DNA of 64,000 nucleotides, from the NCBI GenBank assembly GCA_046563655.1, contig CM102285.1:12462001-12526000 (forward strand). Direction: 5' to 3'. This DNA is from Yuukianura sp. NJ FZ-2021 (taxonomy: Eukaryota). The position numbers were made by a program, and so were the translations under genes. Of this stretch, positions 13,636 to 25,507 are shown in pieces; position 1 is the first letter of the stretch, and each line of letters opens with the position of its first letter. The notes beneath the pieces are model-generated. The model worked only from the letters and a program-made list of their open reading frames with translations. It did not search any database and was not told where the DNA came from.

Positions 13636-14079
13636 ATGCCTATGAGAATTGTGTCTCCTGCGCTGACCTTGGCAGAAAATCTATCGATTGCGACTGAACA
13701 AGATGATGTTTCTGGTAAATACTACACTTTCTAACTGAACTTTGATTTTTAGTTGAATAGCTGCGTTAAAATTTCCAATTTCAGCTAGTGACGTACATGA
13801 ATTTCATACGGGTTATGTGCCAAAGGCACAACATGCTGCTACTGCGGGGCCACTGGACAGAATGGAAACAACGCCTCCTCCAGTAAACTCAATTTTCCGA
13901 AAATTCAAAATTCTTGGAAAAAATGAATTACATAAATTGATTTTTTTTAATTACAGCCTCAGCAAATTCAAGTGCGTCAATTGGCAAAAGTTACTCCGCA
14001 AACGGCTGGATTTTACGAAATAAAGCCAGAAGTAATTCACTGGGTGCAAAAGTACACGCGAACGGTGGAGTATCATTAA
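13636..14079 (+). CDS. Small (99 aa) uncharacterised protein, three exons
   Basis: Exons 13636-13714, 13785-13882 and 13957-14079 join in phase across two short GT-AG introns with no stop: MPMRIVSPALTLAENLSIATEQDD...EIKPEVIHWVQKYTRTVEYH*. Confidence 0.55.
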
Positions 14080-14183
14080 TTAACAACGCGGTGTACGAAA
14101 AAAACAAACATGCCCTGTAAGCACTAAAATCTTAAATTACAATTAAACTAATTCTTAATAATCGCAACCCCGACCACCGAACT

Positions 14184-16965
14184 CTATGATTTAACAGATT
14201 TGACCAGAATAGCAATATATGCAATGAAGTACCAGAGACCGCACAGAATTATCATAAAGTATAAATTAGTAACAAAATCTACATCTAAAACTCCAGCATC
14301 TTCCAGGACTTCGTACCCGCTTTTGTAGCACGGCAAGTACTGTTTCGGATGACACCCTGGATACATCATGCACATTTTGCATAATCATTGCATAATTTTA
14401 GATCTAACAATAAGAAAATCCAAATCTGAACTTACAAATGCTTCCAACATTTTCGAAGTACAGAACGACCAAACCTTCGTAAGCGTAGTACATCCATGAC
14501 AGGTAGCGTATCCAAGAAATCGAAGAAGGCATTGACCTGTGTCAAAAGTCAAAATCGAAATGTAACGTCAGAATTCCATTAAAAAACGTAATCAGAATCA
14601 CGTTGAAATTGTTTTGAATTTGAAATCTAACTAACCTAATTGAAATAAAAGCTCCACTTGTAATCATCAATAGAAGTCGCAGTGGGTTGAGAATGGAATT
14701 GGCAGTGATTGGATGTGGATTGAATATCGACGTAAATGCAAATGCTGCAACAAGTTGTTCAATTTCAATTAGAATTTACAACTAATCCAAACATTTATGT
14801 TGTAAATCATGACTTACCAAAAGCAGCAGAAGTTAGACTTGTAAAGAAAAGAACAATCCAAGTGAACACGAACAATATTGGCGAAATTTTTCCAAAACAA
14901 GCAATCAACCAGGATATGATCAAGAGCAGAAACGTCTCCAGAGTTATCACAAGTACCTAGGAACAAACAAAAAACGATTATATTAAAGTATTCAGAAAAA
15001 ATCTCAAAATGCTCGACTGTGGAAGTTTAAAACAAAATTCAGCTCACCGTAAGACAAATTTTCGCAATAACAAAAGATTTAGCGTTGTAAAGTCTGTTTT
15101 CACGTAAGAATATTTGGAGATCAGAGGTGTTCCAGTTTTTCCAAAGAGTTCTAAAAATGGATTCGTTGACTAGAATGAACAAGAAGCCTTTCGTGGCTTG
15201 GATTCCATATTGCGTCTGCGTGTCAACTTCAAACATACACAGGCCAATGATGGTTCCAGTGACCTGTTCAAACAAAGTGTCAGATGCAATAGGGGTTCTC
15301 ACGATATTTTTCTCAAAATGATGAAACACTAATTTTTACAATTGATATTCTCTTACCATCACGTGGAGAATTTGTGACACAAAATTTCTGAAATTGCCGC
15401 AGTAGTTCTTCAGATATCTCCGGAATACCCAAAAAGTCTTTGCTGTACAAGAAGGATGCTGCCTAGAAAGAAATTGAATACGGACATTAAACATTTATGC
15501 GACGCTGAAGATGTCAATCCAATATCGTCTTTACTTACATTGCCTGGATTGTACAAACCAACGTGTCAAACTGAAATAGATAGTTAATTCTTAATTGTCA
15601 ATTTAGTTCCATTTTGATGAATCCAAAAGTTAAAATGCTTGTCTTACCTCTCGGTCTCGGTGAATTTCTGAATCTATACGATTTGCCAAATCTTTTGCGA
15701 GGGGAGAATTGGCATTGGTCATACAGATTTCACGGATTTGGGATTTGCTTGCAAGCTCCCGTTCAGGATGAATTGATAAAGTGTACAGGAAGTAGTCGAC
15801 CACATCAAAGTACTTTGGACAGACAAAATCCAACGAATCGAAAAATCTCTCAGCATTTCTTGGTGATCCATTAAAAGCGACGCGTCCTTCTGCTAAAAGG
15901 AGTAATTGGTCAAAGTGATCTAAAGATTCAGTTGGGAGGGTCCGTAGAGTGCAAATTATGGCTACTCCGGAATTGGCAATATCTCGGAGTCCTTGAACCA
16001 ATGTAATTGTTTCGACACAGTCCATGTCAGCGTTGAGGTCATCGCAGAACAGAATTGGTGGATCAGTGAGCATCTAGAATCAAAATTTTGGAATTGTAAA
16101 CTATAGCTTCCCATTTTTTAAAATTCTTATATTTTTGTCGCGAAATCTTACTTCTGTGGCCAAAGAAAGTCGAATTTTCAAAATTTCGGAAATGTCTCTA
16201 ATTTTCATGCCTCTGGATGGATGAATGTCAAATTCGTCCAGGAGTTGTTGAATCCGACGCCTCAGTTCGTAATTACCTAATCGCTTGTCCATTCGTAGGC
16301 GTGCCTGTAACAAAAAAAAAAACAATGTAGCAATAAATGTTGTACAATTTTGAACTTTTTGTAACCATTTTCAATTGTGTTAGTGTGTGTACATTTTTCC
16401 AAACCATTAAATAACCAGTTTTTTACGTGAAATTGAAGATGTTCTTCTACGGTTATATTCTCAAAGAATCTCTGATTCTTTTCCACGTATCCAGAAATTT
16501 TAGGTATCATTTTGGAGCTGTTGAGTCCATTTACAAGAATATCTCCAGTAATCGAAACATCATCTAACAAAAAAAATAAAAAATTTAACGTTGTATGTTT
16601 TTGAAAGAATTTTGAACTTTTTAAGTCGAATTTTGGTTTTTCAGCTTACTCGGAGCTCTGCAGGCTAGAACGTTCAAAAGACTCGAATTTGCAGCAAATG
16701 GTGACCCCAAAATAGCAATCAATTCTCCCGAACACGCCATTCCTGAAACTGAATTCCAAAGTTTTTCAAAACAACTTGAAATTACACCACGAATATGTAT
16801 TTATGACTAAAAAATTGATACTTTACCATTCTGGATGATTCGCTGAAATCGACGATGGCGTTCTCCGAAACAGCATAGTGTATTCTTCAATGGAACATAA
16901 ATTGACACTTCCTTCCACGCTAACGTTAAGTACGACTCTTCTAAAATTATTTGATTCTGTGGCAT
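14184..16965 (-). CDS. ABCG (white/scarlet-like) half-transporter with degenerate nucleotide-binding domain
   Basis: NBD-then-TMD order. Recognisable blocks: LTLAWKEVS, VSGMACSGELIAILG, GDILVNG, ITVEEHLQF, FDQLLLLAEGRVAFNG, IFLREN, WIRYLSWMYYAYEGL. The multi-exon frame appears intact. Confidence 0.88.
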
Positions 16966-17326
16966 GGCTCACTTTGAATCAAAAGTCTTGCGATGTACTT
17001 TCCTTTTGAAGCTAAATCCTGTTACTTCAAAATGAAAGTACTTTGCCGAGATGAAGGAGATGCAATTTTGCAAGGGTTCGCGGTTTGTTTTCATTAGAGG
17101 CTAAACCGGTTCTTCAATTTGCTAAATGGATGCTACAATGCAAGTAAATTCAGGAAAACCAGAAAAGAAACGGCGGGTTGACATCCTTCGGCGTTGTTCA
17201 CTTGAATTTTATTCGAAATAAAGAGGGTAAAGTTTGTTTACGTAGTTATAAAAGTATGCTGTTGCTGCTGAATAAGGCCGCTGAATTTGCTCGCTTCTTG
17301 TTTAATGTTAGTAATAAGGGACTTCA

Positions 17327-17871
17327 TTAAGGACTGATTCTCAAAAGCTCAGTGTCGAAAATCAGCGTCGCACCTTTACAAAACAAAATCAGAATTACAT
17401 TCTGAATCACTTTTTTAGATGAACTTTTAGATTTAAATGGATCCTCATACGCGGTGGAATGACTCCGCCGGCTCCACGGTCTCCGTAAGCAAGATGTGGT
17501 GGGACAGTCAAACGACGCTTTTCACCAACGCACATGTCCAGGAGCCCTTGGTCCCACCCTTGAATCACTTGGCCAGTACCGACTCGAAACGTAAACGGAT
17601 CCCGTCTGTCCGAGCTGAAATTGGAAAAAAGAGTTCAAAATGTTCAAACCAATTTCAAAATCATTTTTACAAGCCTTTATACTCACCTCTGATCAAAAAC
17701 TTTTCCGTTGGTGAGTGACCCCTTATAGAGCATTGACAGCGTCTGGCCCTTCTGTGACCTCTGCGGACAGTTCGCTGGTTTTTCCAAAACTTCAATTCGG
17801 AGATCTTGTCCATTAGCTGTTCCCATAGCCAAGACGTACAACACAAAGATACTTGCGATGAATCCCTTCAT
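17327..17871 (-). CDS. FKBP-type peptidyl-prolyl isomerase with signal peptide (FKBP2-like)
   Basis: Three exons. Signal peptide, then [51 protein letters not shown] and [14 protein letters not shown]. Confidence 0.92.
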
Positions 17872-18654
17872 GATGGAGTCGATGAAGCTCCGAAGGAACT
17901 CAAGACCAAACTAAATTTGTTCCAAGCCATTTTATGGTTCAACTTGAGGTACTCCAAGGTCCGTTGGCCTCTTTCCCAAAATAACTGTAAGTATAAGCCT
18001 GAGAACGTCCATTGTTATGCACAAGAATAATGCATTGTTACAAAATGCAACGGTTCGCGATCACTGGTTCACTAGTTCATCACCAAACAATCGACAATCG
18101 TAAAAAACTGTAATGTTAACGGGGAAGTTGATGTTGCACTTTGCAAAAAAAAAAAATTCACAACCGAACCAATTTACAGCTACAATAAATAGTTTCTTAT
18201 TATTATAATACATAATAATATTATTTTTTTTACAAACTAATAGTTTTTTTTATGTCCGCTGGGCTGGGACTTGCACATTACACTGAGAAAAATAAAATGA
18301 GCATGCATGGACCGGCATGAGTTGCAACATGCAACTTGCAAAAAAATCAATAACCGTCATTTTAAAAACTAGTTCTATTAATATTATTATAATTATAATG
18401 TATTACTAATATTTATAATTATTGTACTCTACCTGAACGTTGAGTTGAAATTTAATGAAATGGTGGGTTGCAGGAAATAAATATTTCAGGGGAATGATCA
18501 CAATAGTTGAAGGTCACTTGAATGTTTTAGCACAAATGGTTACGGTAACAGTTGACCTGTCACTAGTCACAGGTCACGAAGGCACCTAACCATACCGTAA
18601 ATCGTAACCATTATATGATTACCGGTTCGGTTGCAAAACGATACCATTACCGTA

Positions 18655-20189
18655 TCAAAGTTCTGAACGCGGTGTTTGTCGTTCTTTGGCATATTTTACC
18701 ACTTTAGCCTTGATCCGCTTCTCCAATTTCAGTAGAATTCGCATCTCGGAGTAGAATCCTTTGCGGTGATACGAATCCAATTTCTTTAATTTCCGCACTT
18801 CGCTGCCATTGATGTACGTTTTGAGAGATTCGTCATAGACGTAGCCCATTTGTTGTCGGTAACTTTGAAAAACGACATCTCGACCTCCATCCAAATCTTC
18901 TGGACCAAAAATTTCAGTTTCCAGACGAACTTGTCGTTCATACTTGTCAGCATCTGACATGGCGTAGTGATAAGCCTTCTCGATTCTAGCCTCATCATCT
19001 GTTTCAGTAGCAAAGAAGTGGTCAATAAGCTTCGAGATTAGGTGACGACGGATTTCATCCCGCTTGTCAGCTTCATCAAGTAGTTTTGGATTACGGGCAT
19101 TGGCAGGATCGGCTAACAATTGAGCCAACTCTTGATCTCGCTGGAAGTATTTTTCCCGATAATTCAAAATTTTAGCAATGGGATCATCTACAAGTGGACC
19201 AGATTCGCCATCATCATTTGATAGAACTTCTTCAGAGTCCAGATAGTCGTCATCTTCTTCTTCTTCGGGCAACAGATCCTTCTCTCCAGTAATTTCAGTC
19301 AGTGCAGACGTGAGTCGTTTTACTAAGTCCTTCACGGCATTGCTTGGTTCCAATTTTGGATCAGAAATGTCCTCACCGATAACAGGATCGTCCGCTCTGA
19401 CATTGATTTCATCCACAGGTTTATCATTGGGTCTCATCGTGATTACACCGGCAAGTTGAGTTTCATTTCCACCTCCATCCATCCGTTTTACAGCTTCTCT
19501 GAGGCTCCACATTACTTGTTTCATCTGATCCGAGTAGATTTCATCTTCAGATTTTTTCAAAAATGGAATTTTCTGTAGCACGTCGGACGGAGGTTGATAC
19601 TTGATTGAAATTACTTCTGATTCGGGTTCTTCCTCTTCCCGTTGCGGTTGCATAGTTGAATACGATTGTTCGTAACTAAATGGGGATGGTGATGGAGCGT
19701 ATTTCATTAAGTGACGAAGATAGAATTCTCGTTGCATGTAGGCACAAACTCCCAAGAGTCCAATCACAGTCAAAGTTAGAACAAAGTACTTGAAGATTCT
19801 TGGCGCTGTTATTTCTCTCACAGGCAGTACTATTACTTCTGGGAATAGATTCCGTTGGTCCAATGGTACCCTGCGATCATGATCGTTATCTTGAACTGCC
19901 TATTGGACAAAAAGCACAAGTTTGAAAATGAACGCTCGGAGAGGACCGAGGGAGTACAATAATACAAAACTACCATGCCATTTCCTTGATTAATATTTGG
20001 ATTTTCTTGAGTGTTGCTCAGAGTTGGCAGATCTCCAGCACGGGTTGATGTTAAGCTTCCAGAATCATTTCGCCTGTCGTCATCTGCGAGTCTGTCATCG
20101 TCGTCAGCTGGATTTTGTGTTGTAGGAACCGTAGGCATAGGTCCCGCATTTCCTTGCTCTGCTCGAACAGATTCTCCAGCAGTGCTCAT
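18655..20189 (-). CDS. Uncharacterised single-pass (probably type II) membrane protein with long acidic C-terminal region
   Basis: Exon from ATG 20189 splices (about 19973 to 19899) into the 402-codon ORF. One hydrophobic segment (YFVLTLTVIGLLGVCAYM) is preceded by basic residues. The protein ends PRSEL*. Confidence 0.7.
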
Positions 20190-21328
20190 TGTTCCACTGA
20201 TCCAACTCGTGTTCCAAGTTTGCGCCGGTGCCCTCTCAGGACCAAAAGTAGAGTGTAAACATAAACAAATCTGTCAACTACGTATAAAAACATCATATTG
20301 CAGTGCATAAATCATAACATTTTGTAATGTACTAGTGGTTGGTTGGTGGTTACCTGTATTTAGCCTTATGGATAACGGCCACGGCCACCACAGCTCTGCT
20401 CTGCGGTCTAACGAAATGTTGTTGTGGAACCGTAAGCAGTAGTGAACTTGCTTGAATCTTTCTGAATCTAATTGGCTTCCTGTTTAGCGAAGGCCGATTC
20501 AGTTAGGAACTGGAAATGCAAAAGTACTGTGTACAAGTGGAGATGATGATGATGTCCTCGTTCTCAGATGTGCAGTTTCTTCAGAGCTGGATGTAGAACA
20601 TATTCATTTCATGACTGATAAACTTTTGACGTGACAGCCAAACACTGACTCTGAAACTGAATTTTCTGAGGGATAAAACAGTCAACCACTAGCAATTTTA
20701 TGTCTACGTGTATTCAATTGATTAGTCGACGTTGACAGAGATTCGCACACACAGACACAGCCGATAAGCCAAGCCGTAAATAAAAGACAAAAAAAAAATA
20801 TTCGCAGTTTTGTTTCCCTCGTTCAAGCACACGTGAAAGTGACGTCAAATCCAAGCTTCGAGCACTCGAATGAAATTAAACTGAAATCCGAATTTAAATT
20901 CTAAAATTACTTTTCAAAACTATGCTAACACGACATTTTCAATCGTTTTGTCACCTTTTTTCTTAACTGTAGCTTACTTTAGTTTATTAATAACTTTATT
21001 AACTAATTTCGTGAGCTGTTCGCCAAATAAAGGAACAAGATATCTTTATTCCAATTTTTACCAATGGGAAATTGTAACTTTTCTGTCAGTGGCGTTATCA
21101 ACGGACAAAACTTTTCACCCGTATCCGTATCTCTTTTTAAGAAAGTAGAAACTCACGAAAATTCAAGAATTACAAGAGCTAAGGGCATATCCCTTCACAG
21201 AAGTGTCAAACGAACAACAAATTAAGGGTACACTGCACTTAAAGTACAAAGAAATCGGTTGAAATCTATTAGAAACGAATTTTTAGCAACACTGACCTTT
21301 GACCTTTGACACTATTGCGAGACAAATC

Positions 21329-22912
21329 ATGGATAGCTTCTGTGCTATGAGTTCCACAAATACACCACTACTGGACACAATTAGAAGAACAATTGAAGAT
21401 CGAAATTTACTAACTGCAAGGTCACGACTCAAGTACGTTTCGGCTCTAAAAAGAGCATGTTTAAACGATAAAACCAATTTGGAAACAACAGTTGCATCAA
21501 GAATTGATAAGCACAAGACCAAAGTGGTTAAGGAATTGATTTCCAGTGAAAAGTCATACTTGAAACAAATTGGCTGGATTGTGTCAGAGTTCAAGTTGAC
21601 ACTGGAAGTACATTCAGCCTTGACACGGAAGGACATGGATATCCTCTTCGGTAACATTGAACTAATCAAGACACTAAATGATGAACTGTACAAGGACCTT
21701 GTGGGATCAAATGAAAATGTTGCCAAAACGTTTGCCAATTTTGCCCCAATGCTCAAAATCTATTCAGCTTATGCGAGAAACTATCAACAAGGAATTGAAA
21801 CTCTCCAGGTAGAAACGATTTTTATTTCCAAACTACTTCGTAAAGCATTTATTCTAATTTTGTTTCTGCATTTCAGTCAGTACTGTCCAACAATCTAGCA
21901 GCAGCGTCGATAATCATTGAAATTGAACAACGACTGAACACTAAGCTTCCAGCGCTCCTTATCGCACCGATTCAGCGTATCCCCAGATACAAATTACTAC
22001 TGGAGCACTTGATGTCATTTAGTAAGGCAGAGGAACGTCTGGAGATCCAAGGTAACAAAATCCACCATTCGATTGTGTAAACCCACCTCCAAGATTTTCT
22101 TAATCAGTTGTGCTTTGTAAATTCCAGGACCGCTGGAAGCAATCAACGAAGTTGCGAATCATATGAACGAAATGGTCAGAAGCTTTGAAAATAGTCAGAA
22201 AATAATACAGATCCAGAAATACTTTAAGAAGAATTTGAAGCTGGAATTAGTTAAACCCGGGAGAGTTCTTGTCAAAAATGGGATTGTTGCAAAGGTAATT
22301 TACTAATTTTACGAAAGTTCATGTGTAAAGTGTAGTGATCAACATTTTAAGTTCTGCTGAGAAAAATACCAGAATTGTTGAAATTTTCAGCCTCCGAAAG
22401 GCCACCGTCGCTACGTCATTCTATTCAGTGACTTTCTGTACTTTTGCAAGATGAAGTCCGGGAAGAAGATCAAACTCCACTCACCGCTGATCGTTCCACT
22501 ACGAAAGTGTATCGTCAACTTGAACGGCGAAACGATAATGGTAAGTAAAAGCCCAAAAAAAGTTGACGATAAATGATGATTTGGATCAGGAATGGAAGCT
22601 AACTTGCAATTTTTTGGTTAGATTCACTTCGAAGGGGAGACTCCAGTGAAGTTCACAGTTTCCGATCCAGACGAACTGCAGGAATGGCATGACGAAATAA
22701 CCGCAACAATCAAAGCGCTGAAACGCAGATCAGCCACTCTACGCAAAGACAGTTCAAAATCGCGTCCAGTTTTTCTTGGCAGAGGCGGAACTCCATCACT
22801 GAGTCAAAACGATACACCGGGACGATTGAAAAGATCATTCAACATATCAGCCTGTTTGGACGAAATTGTTGACTTTCTCACACCGAAAAAGAAGCAACGT
22901 ACAGCAGTCTGA
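21329..22912 (+). CDS. DH-PH Rho guanine nucleotide exchange factor (ARHGEF39-like)
   Basis: DH motifs VVKELISSEKSYLKQI, LFGNIELI, LKIYSAYARNY and LLIAPIQRIPRYKLLL; PH motifs PGRVLVKNG, RYVILFSDFL and ELQEWHDEI. Confidence 0.88.
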
Positions 22913-22994
22913 TTAAACTGGTAAAGTTCATGATTTATTTAAATATTTATTAAAAATAGAATAACAATGATTGAATTTTTGATGCTTAGACCCA

Positions 22995-24978
22995 TTAACT
23001 TCCAAAAACGACTTTCTCGATCCACGGCACAAAGCTTTGCACTCTAGTGTACACCGCTGGTGAACTTTGACCACACAACCGTGCTCCAAACGATGTCACT
23101 CCGAGGATACGGAACATGCACCGTAGTTCTTTTCCCTTGTAAACTTCATTGACAGTCAGTGGTCCTAAACAGAACAGTTTAGAAAATGATCTCTATTTTG
23201 TACAACCATGAAACTATTTTGTTCTAAGAAATTTAAAACGTGTTTGAAAATCTCACCTCCACTGTCACCCTGTAACAAAAGTAATTAGTGTATTGAACAG
23301 CAGGTTTTTTAACTTTTTAACTGTAAATAATAAACATTTTTTATACTTACGTTGCAAGTATCCTTTCCTTTCATCGTTTTATCTCCAGCACAAAGTTGTG
23401 ATCGGATAATTCCTTGCGGAAAACTGAAAAGTGAAGTTCAAAGCACGTTTAAAATTTTGAAAGTACTTGTTTTAGCACATTTAGAAAACTTCTGTTGGAT
23501 CAGCTAAGCGTCGTACCTCCAGGATCGATCTGAAGCGTCTGCAAAGTATGTGTTACAGTCTTTGGTTCCAAATGCAGTAAGATTCACCGCTAACAGGTTC
23601 TTGGACTGTGGTTCTTTAAGAAAAGATAACTTTTTAACCATTTTTTATCAAAATTTTTCAGAATTTCAAAAATTTTCATAATTTTGATTTCCCAAAGTTT
23701 TTTTTAGCTACCTCCATAACCAACAGTTCCCCAACCAATAGCTTCCAGGCTGTCCTTTTGATCTTGACCAGCAATTGGAAGACATGCTGGCAGAAGGTAC
23801 CTGCTCACGTCCAGCGTTTCGTTCAGTTTCACCAGCGCAATGTCATTGTACCGTAGTGGAGGTTTGTAGTTGGGGTGAATGACAGAATCGCTGATTCCAA
23901 CGACTTGTCTAAAGTTACTCGTTTGACGGTCAAGCGTCAAGTCACCTACTAAAACCACAGTAGGCTTCCCCCTAAGAAATTAACAAAATGATTTCAATTT
24001 CACAGTGAAATTTTCACTTCAACATTTTACGGAGAATTTCAAAACGTCATTTTACTTTGTAGATACCAAGCAGTGACCGGCAGTCAGGATCCATTGCTCA
24101 GATATTCTGAAAATCAAGACTTCCGTGAATATGAATTTTGCATGAAATACTTCTGCAGTATATCTTACATTGTACCGCCGCAGTAGTACCGATGACCGTC
24201 CTGTGTGTCATACCCCAGCGCTGCCTAGAAATTATCAAGTAGAAAAGCAGTGAATTTTTGCAATTTCATTGCAGATTCGCGGAACAGATTTTGCAGACAA
24301 AATGAGCGTACAGCATGTGGATACTCGTACTTCCGAGCATCTCTTCCGCCGGTAATGAATCCTTGTGTTTCCAATTCCGTACAAAACGGATCCTCATACT
24401 CTCTCTCTGCAAAATTAATCGGTGTCTTTAGATGATCTCTCCATTCGTTACATTCTGCAATCAAAGTCAAGGAAAATTGTCATTTTTTTGCCAATTTGCG
24501 CAACATTTTTCTTAAAATTTCCCAGATTTATCCATTTCCTTACTCTTTGCAGCCAGAGTTTCCTCAACGGGACAACAAACGATTTTGTCTGAGCATATTT
24601 TAGGTCTAACGCCAGCCCTGAAGTACTCAATTGCAAAAGAACACTGGCCAAACGGCACGCATTTGCCCTTGGTCCTTTGAGCATCATCAAGAAAACAATC
24701 TGCACAAAACGAACAAAATTGGCACACGCAAGTAAGTGACTTTGAATTTTCAAAAAGAAACGTAAGTGTTATGAAGCTTTTTACTACATTTAAAAGGTTA
24801 ATTAAGGGTAGCATGCAAAAAAGGATTTCACACTTTGCATGCAAAAATTCTAGGGGTTGCGAAATTTTAAGATTTTGCGAAATCGTTTCTGCAATAAATT
24901 GACTTTGATCTTGTTACCTTGTGCAAGAGTTAAGGGAACTACTAGGAGTATTAGGACACCACAGAACAAGTTGTTCAT
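22995..24978 (-). CDS. CLIP-domain trypsin-like serine protease (snake/persephone-like)
   Basis: Signal peptide MNNLFCGVLILLVVPLTLA; CLIP cysteines (CFLDD..KCVPFGQC..IC..VCCP); zymogen site F^ITGG; catalytic triad TAGHC, NDIAL, DTCN-GDSG-GP; VYTRV. Confidence 0.92.
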
Positions 24979-25507
24979 TGTATTCAAAAAACCTTGTACT
25001 AAAGACTACTTTTGAGTATAGTACTTTCGGAGTAACAGTGTCCTCAGGGACAATTTGCACAATACTATTTCCAAAATAAAGGAGTTGAAGTGTTAATAAA
25101 ACTTGTTGTTAATAAGAGTTGTTTGTTGCAAAAAATTGGCGAATTGGGGGATTAATGGCGAATTTAAGCAAGATAAGGGGTAGGGGGATGATCAGAGTCA
25201 ATAGGGTGAATCAGAAGATGCTTTAAAGATCTGCGAATCTTTGCGAGATGAGATCATGCGAAATTCTTAAAGCTCGTATTTTTTCTGGCTTAAATTATGA
25301 TCAAATTTTGGAATTGCGTCAGAAGTACAGAATAAATTTTATTGCGTAACTTTCCTCTTTTATGTTTTAGCGTGAATTTATATTTTGATTTGAATAATTA
25401 ATTATTATTTATCCTGTAAGGTGTCCTTGTTACTTTTCGTTAAGGAGTTAATGAGACGTAGAGATGAAAGGTCAAGTTGTAGAGGTCAAAGGTCACGATT
25501 TACAACG

